The position numbers and the translations under genes were made by a program. Below, piece by piece: positions 61,712 to 64,000 of a DNA stretch of 64,000 bases; the first letter of the stretch is position 1; every line of letters begins with the position of its first letter. Source of the stretch: Pavona decussata (taxonomy: Eukaryota); assembly GCA_977016875.1 (NCBI GenBank), contig CDRNST010000144.1, positions 2,852,001 to 2,916,000 on the forward strand. The letters are read 5' to 3'. The notes beneath the pieces were generated by a model. That model was not told the origin of the DNA. It worked only from the letters and a program-made list of their open reading frames with translations, and did not search any database.

Positions 61712-62167
61712 AAGCTTTATCACTGAGTTGTCAGTGTCTAGTGTCGTCTTTCAGAAAGAGGAGTGAAACGGGCTTTCTGCCTTGGTGGGGCATGCTACCG
61801 CTGATTGACATCCACAGATCAAAGTATTTAGTGTCGTCTGGAGTGATAAAATTTTCGGAAGAGGTTAAGCAGAGCTTTAGATTCTCTTGCTGAAAGATTG
61901 TTTAGCCCCCAAATGGGAGATGAAAAGTAGCACTCGATACGGCTGCTGCTAATTGTTCAAACCTTGCTAGCAATGTCAAAGGAACATATTTGTGCTTTAG
62001 TTATTTTCTTTATCCAAAATATCGTTCAGGACCAGAATCTAGAGGCTTCCTCGATGGTAATAACTTCGGCCTCGCTTCCTACTAAAATGCGATCTTGTTG
62101 CAGTTGCTTAAGTTGTGTACTAACTGCGAGGATCTTTCTTCTATTTAAGTTATCGACGAGTCTCATA
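61712..62167 (-). pseudogene. decayed coding-like segment (unidentified pseudogene or transposon gene)
   Basis: Acceptor TTTTGTCTGCAG, a 46-aa ORF, then a shifted frame LKHKYVPLTLLARFEQL..FHLPFGG*TIFQQENLKLCL..KYFDLW with isolated stops. Confidence 0.35.
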
Positions 62168-62689
62168 CTGCAGACAAAAGGACAGCAAAAGACGACAACG
62201 TAATAGTCTCAGTAATCTTACCAGTGGTGTGTCTTACTAACCATTTATTGGGTTCATATATGCGTCCTGTGTTGTGATCAATAACTTTAGAGAGATGGTA
62301 AATTTTAGGCCGGTGACATGATGAATATTACATCCTCCTCATTTCGCTAACGAGCACACTCGATCCGAAAAGAACTCCTGCTATCATTCGGGACCAACAC
62401 TTAAACGGATATCGGCGGGAATTTTAGCAAAAAAAATCATTTCTTTTTGATGGTCTGAAAAGATTTTAAGACGAACTGTATATTTTTGGCTTTCCTGGCT
62501 GTGGACCAGCTCCAGATTTTACCTTAACGTTACAAAGGCGAACAACGACTTTACCTTAGAACACCTTGGATTTACCACTGGTCGATGATGTCAATACGTT
62601 TTTACTTCACGCTCGCTCGTATTTTGATTTTCAGGTAAGTGACGCGAATTTCACATTCTTAGGACATGCTTTTCGAAATTTGTTTTTCG

Positions 62690-62721
<32 letters not shown>

Positions 62722-63003
62722 TTTTTTATGAGAAATTGTAAGCTTATCTGCATAATTGTGACAATTTTGCGCAAGTTAAGCAATCCTCTTTTGTTTGTGA
62801 TTACTTGGATGGTTTTCTCTGGTTTAAGAGAAACTCAGTAGAAATCAAGAAATCGAGAAGACGGAAGCTCCAGTTCGCGGTTGGCTATAGTGCAGAAGAA
62901 ACGATGTTATTGCCACCCACGCCAGATGACTTCATTGCCCCATTTTGTGGACCTTGAAGGAAACGGTTCTGTGTATTTATTATGCCATCATAACTAATAT
63001 ATA

Positions 63004-63261
63004 CAGCTATTTCAATTAACGTTGTCGGATTAAAATCAAGCTAAAAGACAAGACGGAAATGTTTTGTGGGATTATTTTTTTATGAATAATTTCATCAAAA
63101 TCATCCCTGCACGTGCAGGTCATTGTACTGCTAATTACAACCTACTGTTTGCTCCAGGCATGACTGATTTTGATGAATTTATTCATAAAAATCCCACGTA
63201 AACTTTCGGTCTTGTCTTTTAGCTTCATGCTTTGAACCGACAACATTAATTGGAATAGCTG
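63004..63261. mobile_element. Tc1/mariner-type palindromic MITE with TA target duplication
   Basis: TA-CAGCTATTTCAATTAACGTTGTCGG ... CCGACAACATTAATTGGAATAGCTG-TA. Confidence 0.8.
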
Positions 63262-64000
63262 TATATTTAGCCAAGCCTAAAAGCGGAGCTCCACTCATGC
63301 TACTCTGCTTATTATATGAACGAAATAACGTTACAAAATCGTTATCCTGCCTTCAGTTATATATATCAAGCAAACTTTTGACGTGTCAGCGGAAAATGTT
63401 TTGAACCATAAGCTGTTCTTGTTGATCGTGCGAGAGCCGGTCGATTAGAACGGCAAAAGTTCGGCTTCGATTCAGACGTCGAACTTTACATGTGCCGAAC
63501 CAAATGCATACGTTACGTATAAATTATATAAATTATATCTATCCCAGAGCTCTGCGCGTTCCATCGACTTGGCATGCGCAAAGGACTTCATTCTGCACAA
63601 GATGGCGGGAAAAGAGGAATGTGCTTGTTCTTCTTGTTTCGAAACAGCCAAATATACTTCTCTGAGATGCAAAAGACTATGAGAAAAAAAAAAAAGGAAT
63701 CTATTCTTGATGTGCACACGCACTTCAAACGGACAGAAACTTTTCAATACAGGCTATATCAAAGGCAAAGCCTCAAGACTTCTCAGAACAAAATTTTCAA
63801 AAACAACATTTGAAGAAAACATTACTCTATTCAAACAGAGATTACGCTACAGAGGTTACCTCGTATAGATAAAACTGTTTCAGAAGTCAATTTTCGCGAA
63901 AGAATGTCGGCACTACAAAACAAACAAAAAACGCGCAAAAACATTTTGCGTTTGTTACGGAATATCGCCCTTCTGTGCCTAACCTAAAACAATTCAGATG

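Noticed and set aside
62020-62040. TGG TCC TGA on the minus strand resembles the antizyme +1 frameshift site
   Set aside because: The +1 frame stops after five codons (GAA CGA TAT TTT GGA TAA) and has no antizyme-like sequence

Overview
AT-rich, repeat-dense animal DNA with seven N-gaps. The repeat types and the single-exon peptide-type GPCR suggest a cnidarian, probably a stony coral (inference). The main gene lies on the minus strand at 41953..5281. I rebuilt it by hand from GT-AG sites as 25 coding exons that splice in frame (3378 nt, 1125 aa). It encodes a secreted modular protein: signal peptide - F5/8 type C (discoidin) - Pro/Thr linker from two 33-nt micro-exons - half EGF - 7 Ca-binding EGF - 2 sushi/CCP - 2 HYR - sushi - 2 GCC2/GCC3 - Ig. 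This is an SVEP1/Uninflatable-like core with different ends. An intronless class A GPCR lies upstream on the same strand (54837..53839). The rest is mostly MITEs and foldbacks, SINEs, and LINE, Penelope and Crypton remnants. Most interesting: three Penelope-type minimal hammerhead ribozyme motifs, all on the sense strand of the gene's introns; a micro-exon array with an apparently dead middle copy; an A-B-A templated insertion; a stop codon that overlaps a splice donor; and hairpin-ended elements linked to a Crypton recombinase fragment. No prokaryotic system (CRISPR, operon) is visible.
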